DNA of 64,000 nt from Patescibacteria group bacterium (GTDB taxonomy: Bacteria > Patescibacteriota > Minisyncoccia > Phycocordibacterales > WO2-35-19): assembly GCA_038056395.1 (NCBI GenBank), contig JBBUFS010000003.1, forward strand, positions 4,344 to 68,343. The letters run 5' to 3'. A program made the position numbers and the translations under genes. The notes below the pieces were generated by a model, which saw only the letters and a program-made list of their open reading frames with translations, did not search any database and was not told the DNA's origin. Numbering within the stretch: the stretch's first letter is position 1; the number at the start of each line of letters is the position of its first letter. Shown here one piece after another: positions 34,637 through 43,444 of this stretch.

Positions 34637-35731
34637 ATGGTTAAAAAAATTGTTGAAAAAAAAGAAGAAAAGCAAGAAAGCAGAATGTCCAAATTTTTGG
34701 ACGGCTCGGCGCTACCGCCAGCCAAAGATTCAATTGTGGAAGGCGCGGTCATAGCTATTGCCAAGAATTCTATTTTCGTGGATTTGCCACCTTGGGGCAC
34801 CGGGGTTATTTTTGGCAAAGAATACATCAACGCACGCGATTTAATAAAGAAGATAAACATTGGAGATAGAATTACCGGCAAAATAGTCGGCAATGACAAT
34901 AAGGAAGGATATATAGAAATATCTCTGAAAGAAGCTAAGCAAGCTCTTATTTGGAGCGACGCCGAGGAAGCGATTAGAGACAAGAAAGTATTTGAAATAC
35001 CAGTTAAGGAAGCAAATAAGGGGGGCTTGATGCTAGTTTGGCAAGGCATTACCGGCTTTTTGCCGGCCTCCCAATTAAAGATGGAGCATTATCCGCGAAT
35101 TTCTGATGGAGACAAAGACAGAATATTGGAAGAATTGCGAAAATTAGTAGGTCAAAAACTTTCGGTGGCTATTATTGCCACCAACGCTAAAGAAGGTAAA
35201 CTTATTTTTTCCGAGAAAGACCCCGATAGCGGCGAGAAAGAAAAAATAATTGATAAATACAGCTTAGGAGATGAATTAGAAGGAGAGGTGACCGGCATCG
35301 TTGACTTCGGAATTTTTGTTAAAATAGAAGAGGGTTTGGAAGGTCTGGTTCATATTTCAGAAATAGATTGGGGCCTCGTTGACGATCCGCACAGGTTTGC
35401 CAAAGTGGGAGATAAAATAAAAGTAAAAATAATTGAAATAAAAGACAGCAAAATTTCCCTTTCCATTAAAGCTTTAAAGGAAAATCCGTGGACCGAAGCG
35501 TCTAAAAAATACAAAAAAGATGATGTGGTCAGCGGAGTAGTTATTAAATTCAACAAACACGGCGCTTTAGCTTCCATTGAAGAGGGGGTGGCCGGCCTGA
35601 TTCATATTTCCGAATTCGGCACCGAAGAAAAACTGCGCGAAAAACTAGAGCTTGGCAAGACCTATAATTTTAAAATAAATATTTTTGATCCCAAAGAGCA
35701 AAAAATGGCATTGTCATTTGTTGAGAAATAA
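34637..35731 (+). CDS. rpsA: Ribosomal protein S1-like protein (four S1 domains)
   Basis: Start set at MVKKIVEKK (34637). Repeated GxV...GxFVxL S1 motifs. The upstream part of the ORF-track frame is antisense to the RRM gene. Confidence 0.8.
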   Translation: MVKKIVEKKEEKQESRMSKFLDGSALPPAKDSIVEGAVIAIAKNSIFVDLPPWGTGVIFGKEYINARDLIKKINIGDRITGKIVGNDNKEGYIEISLKEAKQALIWSDAEEAIRDKKVFEIPVKEANKGGLMLVWQGITGFLPASQLKMEHYPRISDGDKDRILEELRKLVGQKLSVAIIATNAKEGKLIFSEKDPDSGEKEKIIDKYSLGDELEGEVTGIVDFGIFVKIEEGLEGLVHISEIDWGLVDDPHRFAKVGDKIKVKIIEIKDSKISLSIKALKENPWTEASKKYKKDDVVSGVVIKFNKHGALASIEEGVAGLIHISEFGTEEKLREKLELGKTYNFKINIFDPKEQKMALSFVEK

Positions 35732-35746
35732 TTATATGGGTCTTTT

Positions 35747-35792
35747 TAATTGAATGCATTCATCGCCTTGTCTCGTCCGTCAGTAATGGGTT
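35747..35792. repeat. Diverged duplicate of the pth 3' end
   Basis: TTAATTgaatgcATTCATCGCctTGTCTCGTCCGTCaGTaATG versus 36952-36996 TTAATTaaacatATTCATCGCtcTGTCTCGTCCGTCgGTgATG (about 38 of 46 nt identical). Confidence 0.75.
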
Positions 35793-35816
35793 CCCCTGAT
35801 GGGCACCATCAAGGGG
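35793..35816. repeat. REP-like hairpin flanking the RAYT gene (left)
   Basis: CCCCTGATGGgcaCCATCAAGGGG; contains the RAYT stop codon. Confidence 0.75.
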
Positions 35817-36489
35817 ATTCAAACTCGGCATATTCAAGTTCGAGTTCAGAATGTTTTTTCTGCTGAATATTTTCAAAAGAATCTTCTACCATCTTCTTAT
35901 AACTACTGGGATCTTTAAGTTGATCTAAAATAATTTTGTTTTTACAAATTTTTTCAGAATTAATACTTAAATATTCTACATAACTACTCCACCGCCAACT
36001 AATGTCTTTTTTTATCAAGTTAGCAATTCTTGGATTTAAATGAATATAAGCAGAGAGCCACAATAAATATTCATTACTATCTATAAGTACAGATTTAAAT
36101 TGGTCCTGAAATAAAGAACCGACTCGATTGTATTTTAGATTGAAGTATTTTGAATAACTACTACACACTTTTAAAATAAGTCTGCTTACAGAAACATCGC
36201 TATTTTGTTTGATTAAAATATGAAAATGATTTGGCATCAAACAGTAGGTAATAAGCGAAAAAGATCCAGGTGGAAGCATTTTTCTGATGTATGGTGTGTG
36301 ACTTTTTCCTCGATAGACCTTATTTTTTAATTTGGAAACTTTCTTATTTGGAAATAAATTTTCTTTTAATCGATTAAAGAAAACATTAAAATCTTGTTCA
36401 TCTTTAAATATAGCCATCTTATCAACTCCACGATTATAGATATGGTAATAACAACCTGGTGCAAAATTCTTATAATCTCTGGTACCCAT
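35809..36489 (-). CDS. REP-associated tyrosine transposase (RAYT, IS200/Y1 HUH family)
   Basis: YHIYNRG..., HUH motif MPNHFHILIKQ, C-terminal RWSSYVEY Tyr motif. ATG 36489 is preferred (TATAAT 7 nt upstream); alternative ATG at 36498. Confidence 0.85.
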   Translation of the reverse strand: MGTRDYKNFAPGCYYHIYNRGVDKMAIFKDEQDFNVFFNRLKENLFPNKKVSKLKNKVYRGKSHTPYIRKMLPPGSFSLITYCLMPNHFHILIKQNSDVSVSRLILKVCSSYSKYFNLKYNRVGSLFQDQFKSVLIDSNEYLLWLSAYIHLNPRIANLIKKDISWRWSSYVEYLSINSEKICKNKIILDQLKDPSSYKKMVEDSFENIQQKKHSELELEYAEFESP

Positions 36490-36505
36490 GAAAAACATTA
36501 TAACT

Positions 36506-36530
36506 CCCCTTGATGGTGCCCATCAAGGGG
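36506..36530. repeat. REP-like hairpin flanking the RAYT gene (right, inverted copy)
   Basis: CCCCTTGATGGtgcCCATCAAGGGG; reverse complement of the left copy except for one extra A. Confidence 0.75.
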
Positions 36531-36585
36531 ATCTGTGGAAAACAAAAAGTGCCAAGGACGCGCCTTGACACTTGATTGCCCAAAG

Positions 36586-36900
36586 TCAGACATTGGGCAA
36601 TGTTTGCTCTTCCATAATTGCTTTGTATTGAGCATTAAGAGATCTCATAAATATTTTCAAAAATCTTTTGTCAGACAAACTCTCGAGTGAGAGCATGACT
36701 TTTCTAAGATCTCCGAGATAATCATCTATCTCGGGATGCTCTGATGAATCATTGGAAGCCAAAAGGGTCTGCCTCACAAATTCTTCGACCACCTTTTGAA
36801 TACTCGTTACTTTTTTGACAGAATGGAGTTTCAATTTCGTGTGTAAATCTCGATCAAGAAAAATGCTTACTTTTACCTTTTCCACCCTCGTTTTCTCCAT
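36586..36900 (-). CDS. Ribbon-helix-helix (CopG/Arc-like) domain protein
   Basis: KVKVSIFLDRDLHTKLKLHSVKKVTSIQKVVEEFVRQTL. ATG 36900 with GAGGAGA 7 nt upstream. Confidence 0.5.
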   Translation of the reverse strand: MEKTRVEKVKVSIFLDRDLHTKLKLHSVKKVTSIQKVVEEFVRQTLLASNDSSEHPEIDDYLGDLRKVMLSLESLSDKRFLKIFMRSLNAQYKAIMEEQTLPNV

Positions 36901-36951
36901 GTACAAATCTCCTCTATTTGCAGACTACTCTTTTTAAATAAATAATCAACT

Positions 36952-37554
36952 TTAATTAAACATATTCATCGCTCTGTCTCGTCCGTCGGTGATGAGAGTC
37001 TGGATGGCTTCGCTTACTTTTTTAAAGATTTTTTTTATAATTTCCAGTTCAGCCGGTTTGAATTTATTCAATATAAAATCAATGACCGCTTTCTCGCCTT
37101 GAGGTTTTTTAATTTTTCCGCTCGGAGTTGCGGATGAAATGCCAATTCTTATTCTGACAAATTCTTTTGTCTTGACTGCTTTAACGACTGAGTCCAATCC
37201 CCTATGCCCACCCGTACCTTTATTGTAAGAAATTTTTAATGTTCCCAAAGGCAAATCAATATCGTCATGCACCACAATCAAATTTTCCAGACCTTTTTTA
37301 GAAGTTTTTAATTTTGGCTTAACAAAATAAGAAACGGCTTGCCCTGATTTATTCATAAATGTCTCCGGCAAAATTAAAGTGGCTGGTTCTTTTCCTATTT
37401 TTGATTTTGAAATTTGAGATTTGGATTTTTTATCAAATTCCCATTCCGGAAAATTTAAATCTTTATATAATTTCATAACCGCCTCCCTTCCGGTATTGTG
37501 GCGAGTATTTAAATATTCCTCTCCTGGATTGCCCAAACCTATGATGTAAAACAT
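36952..37554 (-). CDS. pth: Peptidyl-tRNA hydrolase
   Basis: MFYIIGLGNPGEEYLNTRHNTG..., 200 aa. Confidence 0.92.
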   Translation of the reverse strand: MFYIIGLGNPGEEYLNTRHNTGREAVMKLYKDLNFPEWEFDKKSKSQISKSKIGKEPATLILPETFMNKSGQAVSYFVKPKLKTSKKGLENLIVVHDDIDLPLGTLKISYNKGTGGHRGLDSVVKAVKTKEFVRIRIGISSATPSGKIKKPQGEKAVIDFILNKFKPAELEIIKKIFKKVSEAIQTLITDGRDRAMNMFN

Positions 37555-37560
37555 AAAATT

Positions 37561-37588
37561 TTGAATTAATTGGTATATGTAATATAAT
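37561..37588 (+). promoter_or_regulatory. Promoter TTGAAT-16-TATAAT ending 7 nt before the lepB ATG (leaderless-type)
   Basis: TTGAAT (37561-37566), TATAAT (37583-37588), ATG 37596, no Shine-Dalgarno. Confidence 0.55.
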
Positions 37589-37595
37589 AGCTCAA

Positions 37596-38159
37596 ATGAA
37601 CGAAGAAAATCAAACTTCTAAAGAAAATCCAAAATCTTCTTTTTGGGAACTGGTGCGATATGCTGTTATCGCTCTGCTTATTGTAGTGCCATTTCGCATT
37701 TATGTGGCCCAGCCGTATGTGGTGAGCGGGGCTTCGATGGACCCGACATTTAGAGATGCCGATTATTTGATTGTGGACCAGCTTAGCAAAAGATTTGAAG
37801 AGCCAAAAAGGGAATCCGTTATTATCATAAAATACCCCAGAGACCCTTCCAAATTTTTTATAAAAAGATTAATCGGCTTTCCCGGCGAAACGATTGAAAT
37901 AAAAGGGGGTGTGGTTAATGTTTTTAATGAAGACAATAAGGAAGGCCTAAAATTGAATGAGCCTTATATCGTTTTTAAAAAAGATGAAAACTTTTCTATA
38001 AAGTTGGGAGTTGACGAATATTTTGTGATGGGAGACAATCGAGCCGGCAGCTCCGATTCAAGAGTTTGGGGGCCATTGCCTAAAAAATATATTATTGGCA
38101 GGCCGATTGTAAGATTATTACCGTTGGAAAAAATAAATATCTGGCCAGGAATTTATTAA
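37596..38159 (+). CDS. lepB: Signal peptidase I (bacterial Ser-Lys type)
   Basis: SGASMDPTF, KRLIG, GDNRAGSSDSR. Confidence 0.9.
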   Translation: MNEENQTSKENPKSSFWELVRYAVIALLIVVPFRIYVAQPYVVSGASMDPTFRDADYLIVDQLSKRFEEPKRESVIIIKYPRDPSKFFIKRLIGFPGETIEIKGGVVNVFNEDNKEGLKLNEPYIVFKKDENFSIKLGVDEYFVMGDNRAGSSDSRVWGPLPKKYIIGRPIVRLLPLEKINIWPGIY

Positions 38160-38163
38160 AATT

Positions 38164-39315
38164 ATGGACCACAAACCAATTCAAGACAGAAATGTCAAGG
38201 AAATGACCGGGATAGATAAGATTGCAAAGTTTTATGGCTTTCAGCCGATTATTCCGCCGGCAATAGAAAAACAAGATTTTGAATGTGTTAAGAATTTTGA
38301 TCAATCTTCGCATCCGGCAGAAAAATCGGCTCTTTTGCGTATGTATTTTGAAGAAAGAATGATGTCTTTGCCGCAGCCAAACATGTTTTATTGCGAAAGG
38401 CCGTTTCGCGGGTCAAAAGAAAAGAAAAAACCTCTTCGGCTGGAAGGGGCAATAGTTTCCTTGGGTTCTTCTAAAAGCATCTGCGAATGCCTTGCCATCC
38501 AAACCGGCATCGCCATATTAAATGAGGCGGGCTATAAAAATATGGAAGTTCAGATAAATTCAATTGGAGATAAAGATTCAATGAATGAATTTCAAAAAAA
38601 ATTAGCTTTGTTTGTCAGAAAAAATTTCAATGCTTTCCCAGCCGATTTGAAACAGGCTATTAAAAAAGATTTGTTCGTTGTATTGAAAGAATGCCGGGAT
38701 GATTGTCAAAGTTTTCAAGCTGAATGCCCCAAATCGATAGATTTTTTATCCGAATCAAGCAGACTGCATTTTAAAGAAGTGCTTGAATTTTTGGAGATTA
38801 TGGATATTCCTTATCAAATAAATCATCATCTGGTCGGCGATCTGGATATCGGGTCGGAAACTATATTTTCCATATTAGACGCTCAAGATGGAAAAAATGA
38901 ACTGGCTTACGGTTTCCGTTTTAACCGGCTGGCAAAAAAAATAGGCTGCAAAAAAGATTTGCCCTGCAGTATTTTGAATATTTCCGCCAAGCTCAAAAAA
39001 AATTTAAAGAAAGTCAGAGCCAAAATAAGCAAACCCCAGTTTTATCTAGTTCAATTCGGTCCTGATGCCAAATTAAAAAGTTTCCTTATATTGGAAGAAC
39101 TTTATAAAGCCGGAGTAAGCGTTATCCATTCAATAGCCAAAGACAAATTAGGCGGTCAAATAAGCACCGCCGAGATTTCAGAGGCTCCCTATATAATCCT
39201 TATCGGCCAAAAAGAAGCTTTGGAAAATTCAGTCATCATCCGTAATACCGCCACCCGCGCCCAAGAAGTCGTCCCCATCTCCGAGCTGGCCGTCAAAGTC
39301 AAAGAGTTGGGTTAA
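38164..39315 (+). CDS. Histidyl-tRNA-synthetase-like paralog with degenerate catalytic motifs
   Basis: HisRS/HisZ-like N-terminus and motif-2-like FYCERPFRG. HisRS GGRYD is replaced by YGFRFN and motif 3 is not recognisable. HGTP anticodon-binding domain retained. Confidence 0.6.
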   Translation: MDHKPIQDRNVKEMTGIDKIAKFYGFQPIIPPAIEKQDFECVKNFDQSSHPAEKSALLRMYFEERMMSLPQPNMFYCERPFRGSKEKKKPLRLEGAIVSLGSSKSICECLAIQTGIAILNEAGYKNMEVQINSIGDKDSMNEFQKKLALFVRKNFNAFPADLKQAIKKDLFVVLKECRDDCQSFQAECPKSIDFLSESSRLHFKEVLEFLEIMDIPYQINHHLVGDLDIGSETIFSILDAQDGKNELAYGFRFNRLAKKIGCKKDLPCSILNISAKLKKNLKKVRAKISKPQFYLVQFGPDAKLKSFLILEELYKAGVSVIHSIAKDKLGGQISTAEISEAPYIILIGQKEALENSVIIRNTATRAQEVVPISELAVKVKELG

Positions 39316-39368
39316 ATGTTGGAATCAGTTTTTTTGCATAAAAAATAAAGATGTGATAGGATATTTTC

Positions 39369-39605
39369 ATGGCGGTAAATGTGGAAATAACAAAAAGCGG
39401 CAATGACAATAATTTGGGGCTGATCAGGAAGTTCACTAAAAGAGTGCAGGGCTCCGGCATTTTGGCGCGTCTGCGAAGCCGAAGATATAGCGTCAGAAAA
39501 CTTTCTGAATATGTCAAAAAGAAAAGAACCCTTAAAAAAATATCTGAAAGAGCCAGAATCCGAGAGCTTATCAAAATGGGCAAAATGCCCGGCACGCTGG
39601 AATAA
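39369..39605 (+). CDS. rpsU: 30S ribosomal protein S21
   Basis: 78 aa basic protein; LIRKFTKRVQGSGILARLRSRRYS...KKKR. Confidence 0.75.
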   Translation: MAVNVEITKSGNDNNLGLIRKFTKRVQGSGILARLRSRRYSVRKLSEYVKKKRTLKKISERARIRELIKMGKMPGTLE

Positions 39606-39959
39606 ATGAAGATAAAGCTGCCTATTGAAAAAATTAAAAATGATATTTTAGGAAAACGGTATGAGCTTTCCGTTGTTTTTACAGGTAAAAACAAAATAAA
39701 ATCTTTAAATAAAAAATATAGAAAAAAAAATGTGGCGACAGATATTTTATCTTTCAATTTATCTCCGTCTATGGGGGAAATCTTTATTTGTCCGGAAATT
39801 GCAAAAACAAAATCAGCCAAATTTGATATGACATTCCCAAATTACTTGCTGTTTTTAGTTATCCACGCAATTTTTCATTTGAAAGGAATGGAACATAGTA
39901 GTAAAATGGAAAGATATGAGCTCGCGTATTACAGCCGGTATAGATATAGGCACTTATGA
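39606..39959 (+). CDS. ybeY: rRNA maturation endoribonuclease YbeY
   Basis: HAIFHLKGMEH (HxxxHxxGxxH). Confidence 0.85.
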   Translation: MKIKLPIEKIKNDILGKRYELSVVFTGKNKIKSLNKKYRKKNVATDILSFNLSPSMGEIFICPEIAKTKSAKFDMTFPNYLLFLVIHAIFHLKGMEHSSKMERYELAYYSRYRYRHL

Positions 39960-41112
39960 AGTGCGGGTAGTGGTTGCGGAACAGACGGCCCAAAATTATT
40001 TGCCAAATATTATAGGCACCGGCAGAGCCGAATCAAAAGGCCTTCGGCACGGGTATATAATAAACACCGCCGATGTTGCCAAGAGCGTATCCTTAGCCAT
40101 AAAACAAGCCGAGAAGTCTTCCGGCATCAAAATAAAAAAAGTGTTTATTTCTATAGGCGGAGTTGGTCTTTCCGGCCTAAATTCTCAAGGTTCGGCCATT
40201 GTCGGCCGGGCCGACCAGGAAATAACAGAAACAGATGTGGAACAGGCCATTGCCGCCGCCGAAGAATCCATACCAAGCGCTTTAATGCAGAACCGGAAGA
40301 TAATATATTCCATTCCCACCTCCTGGAAAATAGACGGAAAACCGGTATTGGGCAGAGTTCTCGGCATGAAAGGGGTAAAACTGGAAACTAAAGCCCTTTT
40401 CATCAGTTGTATTGAACTTCATCTGGACGATTTGGTGGAAGCGGTAGAAAACACCGGAGTGGAAGTAATTGATGTGGTTGCTTCTCCCATTGCCGCCAGT
40501 TTTGTAACTCTTTCAAAAAGCCAAAAGATTGCCGGCTGTGTGCTGGCTAACATAGGAGCAGAGACGGTATCAATTGTAGTATTTGAAAATAATATACCGA
40601 TATCTTTGGAAATATTTCCCATTGGCGGTTCAGATATCACCAACGATATCGCCCTCGGTCTTAAAATATCTTTAGAAGAGGCCGAGTCTATAAAACTGGG
40701 AGGAGTTACTGCCACTAATTATTCAAAGAAAAAATTGGAAGAAATTATTTCGGCTCGTCTGGGGGATATATTTGAATTGATTGAAGCTCATCTTAAAAAA
40801 ATCGGCAAGTCAGGTGTTTTGCCGGCCGGCATAATAATAACTGGCGGCTCTTCTTCCATCGGCCTGATTGAAGATTTAGCCAGAAGCTATCTTCGCCTGC
40901 CTTCCCGCATCGCCTCTTTGAATATTGGCAACCCTTCGACAAGCTCAGGGCAGGCAGGAAAATTTCAAATAAAAGATTCTTCCTGGTCTGTCGCTTATGG
41001 ACTCTGCATCATCAGTAATCTGCCAGACGAAGAAGAAAGGCTCGGCCTTAAAAAACATAGCCAAAATTTATTTAAAAAAGTGCTCCAAACCCTAAAACAC
41101 TTTCTGCCATAA
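39916..41112 (+). CDS. ftsA: Cell division protein FtsA
   Basis: ITAGIDIGTYEVRVVV, actin-like ATPase, upstream of ftsZ; 44-nt overlap with ybeY. Confidence 0.9.
   Translation: MSSRITAGIDIGTYEVRVVVAEQTAQNYLPNIIGTGRAESKGLRHGYIINTADVAKSVSLAIKQAEKSSGIKIKKVFISIGGVGLSGLNSQGSAIVGRADQEITETDVEQAIAAAEESIPSALMQNRKIIYSIPTSWKIDGKPVLGRVLGMKGVKLETKALFISCIELHLDDLVEAVENTGVEVIDVVASPIAASFVTLSKSQKIAGCVLANIGAETVSIVVFENNIPISLEIFPIGGSDITNDIALGLKISLEEAESIKLGGVTATNYSKKKLEEIISARLGDIFELIEAHLKKIGKSGVLPAGIIITGGSSSIGLIEDLARSYLRLPSRIASLNIGNPSTSSGQAGKFQIKDSSWSVAYGLCIISNLPDEEERLGLKKHSQNLFKKVLQTLKHFLP
40933..40958. repeat. Family A repeat inserted in frame in ftsA (encodes PSTSSGQAG)
   Basis: CCTTCGACAAGCTCAGGGCAGGCAGG. Confidence 0.75.
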
Positions 41113-41155
41113 TTCAAGCTTTGCGTTTTTATGGCTTTTTTGATACTCTACATTC

Positions 41156-42304
41156 ATGCCTCAAATAAAACCGGAAGTAGAAGTCTTTGCCAGAATAAAG
41201 GTAGTAGGTGTAGGCGGTTCCGGCAAAAATGCCATTAATCATATGATTAACTCCAAGGTAAGGGGGGTGGAGTTTATTGCCATAAATACGGATGCTCAGG
41301 ACCTGCATCATTCGGAGGCGAAAAAGAAAATACATATTGGAAAAAATTTAACAAAAGGCTTAGGCACCGGCATGAATCCGGAATTGGGCAAACGAGCCGT
41401 GGAAGAAACCAAGGAAGAGGTACAGGAAGCTCTAAAAGGGGCCGATATGGTTTTTATCGCCTATGGCGCGGGGGGAGGAACTGGCACTGGCGCCGGACCA
41501 ATCATTGCCCGGACCGCCAAAGAATTGGATGCTCTAACAGTGGGTGTAGTCACTAAACCGTTTTCTTTTGAAGGCCAGCAAAAAATGCGGTTGGCCGAAG
41601 CCGGGCTGGAAGAGCTTCGTCAATCAGTTGATGCTCTTATAGTTATTCCAAATGACAGACTCCTGGCCACCATTGATAAAGAAACTTCAGCCAAAAATGC
41701 CTTCGCTATGTGCGACGATATTCTAAAACAAGCGGTTGAAGGCATCTCCGACTTGATTACCATGCCCGGTATCATAAATATAGATTTTGCCGATGTTAGA
41801 GCGATTATGGAAGGCGCCGGCGGAGCTTTGATGGGCATCGGTCGGGCCAGTGGCGAAAAAAGAGCCGAGGAAGCAGCCAAACTGGCCATTAATTCACCGC
41901 TTCTGGAAGTTTCCATAAATGGCGCTAAGGGGGTGCTCTTTTCCATTGCCGGAGGTGACGACTTAACTATGTTTGAAATACACGATGCCGCCAAATTCAT
42001 TACCGAGTCGGTAGATCCAAATGCTAAAATAATATTCGGCACCGTTCGTGATGAAAAACTCAAAAAAGGTGAAATAAAGATTACCGTCATCGCCAGCGGT
42101 TTTCCGGAGAGTTATATGAAGAAAAATTTGTTTGGAGATAAGGGGGAAGAAGATGGCAAAGGCAAAATATTTAATTCCGTATTCAGAACTGACAAAGGAG
42201 ACAAAAAAGAAGAAGAGCCGGAAGGAAAAAAACAAAATATTATAGAAGATGACGATGAATGGGGCGCCGTGCCGGCATTTTTAAGACGTTCTAAATTAAA
42301 ATAA
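41156..42304 (+). CDS. ftsZ: Cell division protein FtsZ
   Basis: [23 protein letters not shown] tubulin signature. TGaTACTCT lies 6 nt upstream of the ATG. Confidence 0.95.
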   Translation: MPQIKPEVEVFARIKVVGVGGSGKNAINHMINSKVRGVEFIAINTDAQDLHHSEAKKKIHIGKNLTKGLGTGMNPELGKRAVEETKEEVQEALKGADMVFIAYGAGGGTGTGAGPIIARTAKELDALTVGVVTKPFSFEGQQKMRLAEAGLEELRQSVDALIVIPNDRLLATIDKETSAKNAFAMCDDILKQAVEGISDLITMPGIINIDFADVRAIMEGAGGALMGIGRASGEKRAEEAAKLAINSPLLEVSINGAKGVLFSIAGGDDLTMFEIHDAAKFITESVDPNAKIIFGTVRDEKLKKGEIKITVIASGFPESYMKKNLFGDKGEEDGKGKIFNSVFRTDKGDKKEEEPEGKKQNIIEDDDEWGAVPAFLRRSKLK

Positions 42305-42312
42305 ATTCCTTC

Positions 42313-42357
42313 CCAGGGGGTGACCCTTGAAATGCCCCTGCCCCAAAGGGTCACCAC
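42313..42357. repeat. Family E hairpin repeat
   Basis: GGTGACCCTT (42319-42328) pairs with AAGGGTCACC (42346-42355). Second copy at 56641-56685. Confidence 0.7.
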
Positions 42358-42374
42358 CAACTTTTTTGTTTTTC

Positions 42375-42463
42375 CTACCTCACCCCGTTCCGCTAAAGCG
42401 GAACTGCCCCTCCCCTTTGCAAGGGGAGGGGCAATCCGACGCAAGTCGGATGGGGTGAGGTAG
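42375..42463. repeat. Solo cloverleaf (four-way-junction) GC-rich repeat
   Basis: 12-bp outer stem CTACCTCACCCC/GGGGTGAGGTAG encloses three hairpins: GTTCCGCtaaaGCGGAAC, CCCCTCCCCTTtgcAAGGGGAGGGG and ATCCGACgcaaGTCGGAT. Confidence 0.8.
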
Positions 42464-42505
42464 TAAGGGTTGGGGATGAGGTAGTAATATGATACAATAA
42501 ATTTT

Positions 42506-43432
42506 ATGTACGATTTAATTATTATAGGCGGGGGGCCGGCGGGAGCGGCAGCGGGGGTATACGCGGCTAGGAAGCAAATAAAGACGGCGCTGATTGCCGA
42601 ATCTTTTGGCGGCCAGTCTGTGGAGTCAGAAGAAATCCAAAATTGGATAGGCACCGTAGCTATTTCCGGCATTGATTTGGCTAAAAATTTCAAGGAACAT
42701 GTCAAATTTTATGCTGGAGGTTTTGTTGATATCAAAGAAGGCGAAAGAGTCGGCAAAATCGAGCGTATTGAAAGTAACGGATTTTTGGTTACCAGCAATA
42801 ATGGTGTTTATAAAACAAAAACTATTTTTATGGCCACCGGCGGCTCAAGGAGAAAATTGGAAATAACCGGCGCCAAAAAATTTGAAGGCAAGGGAATCAC
42901 TTATTGCGCCTCCTGCGACGGGCCGTTTTTCACTGACAAGGATGTAGTGGTCATTGGCGGCGGCAATGCCGGATTTGAAACGGCCGCCCAATTATTAGCT
43001 TATTGCAAGAGTGTCACTTTGATTTCTCGAGGGGAATTTCATGCCGACCCTGTTACTGTTGAAAAAGTGCTGGCTGATTCAAAAATGAAAGCTCTGACTA
43101 ATACTTTGCCAGTGGAAATAAAAGGGAACGATTTTGTAAAGTCTTTCGTTTATCAAAGAACCGCTCCTTTTGTGGATAATGTTGAAATTGAAACCGAGAG
43201 CATTTTCGTGGAAATCGGCCACATTCCGGCCACTTCTTTTGTGAAAGGTTTGGTGGAGATGGACGAATATAAACGCATCAAAGTTGACCCCAGAACTCAA
43301 CGAACCAGCCTGGATGGAATTTGGGCAGCTGGTGATTGTACTGATGCTCTATATCACCAAAACAATATCGCCGCCGGCGATGCTACAAAAGCTTTAGAGG
43401 ATATTTATCTGGAATTGCAAAGGATGAAATAA
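42506..43432 (+). CDS. trxB: Thioredoxin-disulfide reductase
   Basis: IIIGGGPAGAAAG, CASCDG redox centre, GGGNAG. TGaTACAAT lies 7 nt upstream of the ATG. Confidence 0.88.
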   Translation: MYDLIIIGGGPAGAAAGVYAARKQIKTALIAESFGGQSVESEEIQNWIGTVAISGIDLAKNFKEHVKFYAGGFVDIKEGERVGKIERIESNGFLVTSNNGVYKTKTIFMATGGSRRKLEITGAKKFEGKGITYCASCDGPFFTDKDVVVIGGGNAGFETAAQLLAYCKSVTLISRGEFHADPVTVEKVLADSKMKALTNTLPVEIKGNDFVKSFVYQRTAPFVDNVEIETESIFVEIGHIPATSFVKGLVEMDEYKRIKVDPRTQRTSLDGIWAAGDCTDALYHQNNIAAGDATKALEDIYLELQRMK

Positions 43433-43444
43433 CAACACACTTTT

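Noticed and set aside
42375-42463. Cloverleaf repeat as a tRNA, tRNA-like gene or hammerhead-type ribozyme
   Set aside because: - Stem and loop sizes (12, 7, 11 and 7 bp stems; 3-4 nt loops) are incompatible with a tRNA.
- The junctions (TG, CA) lack the CUGAUGA/GAAA hammerhead core.
- No anticodon-like loop is present.
42112-42705. 197-aa minus-strand ORF spanning the ftsZ end, repeats and trxB start
   Set aside because: It is a read-through of the GC-rich repeat block (PLAKGRGSSALAERGEV...) antisense to two solid genes. This is a repeat-translation artefact.
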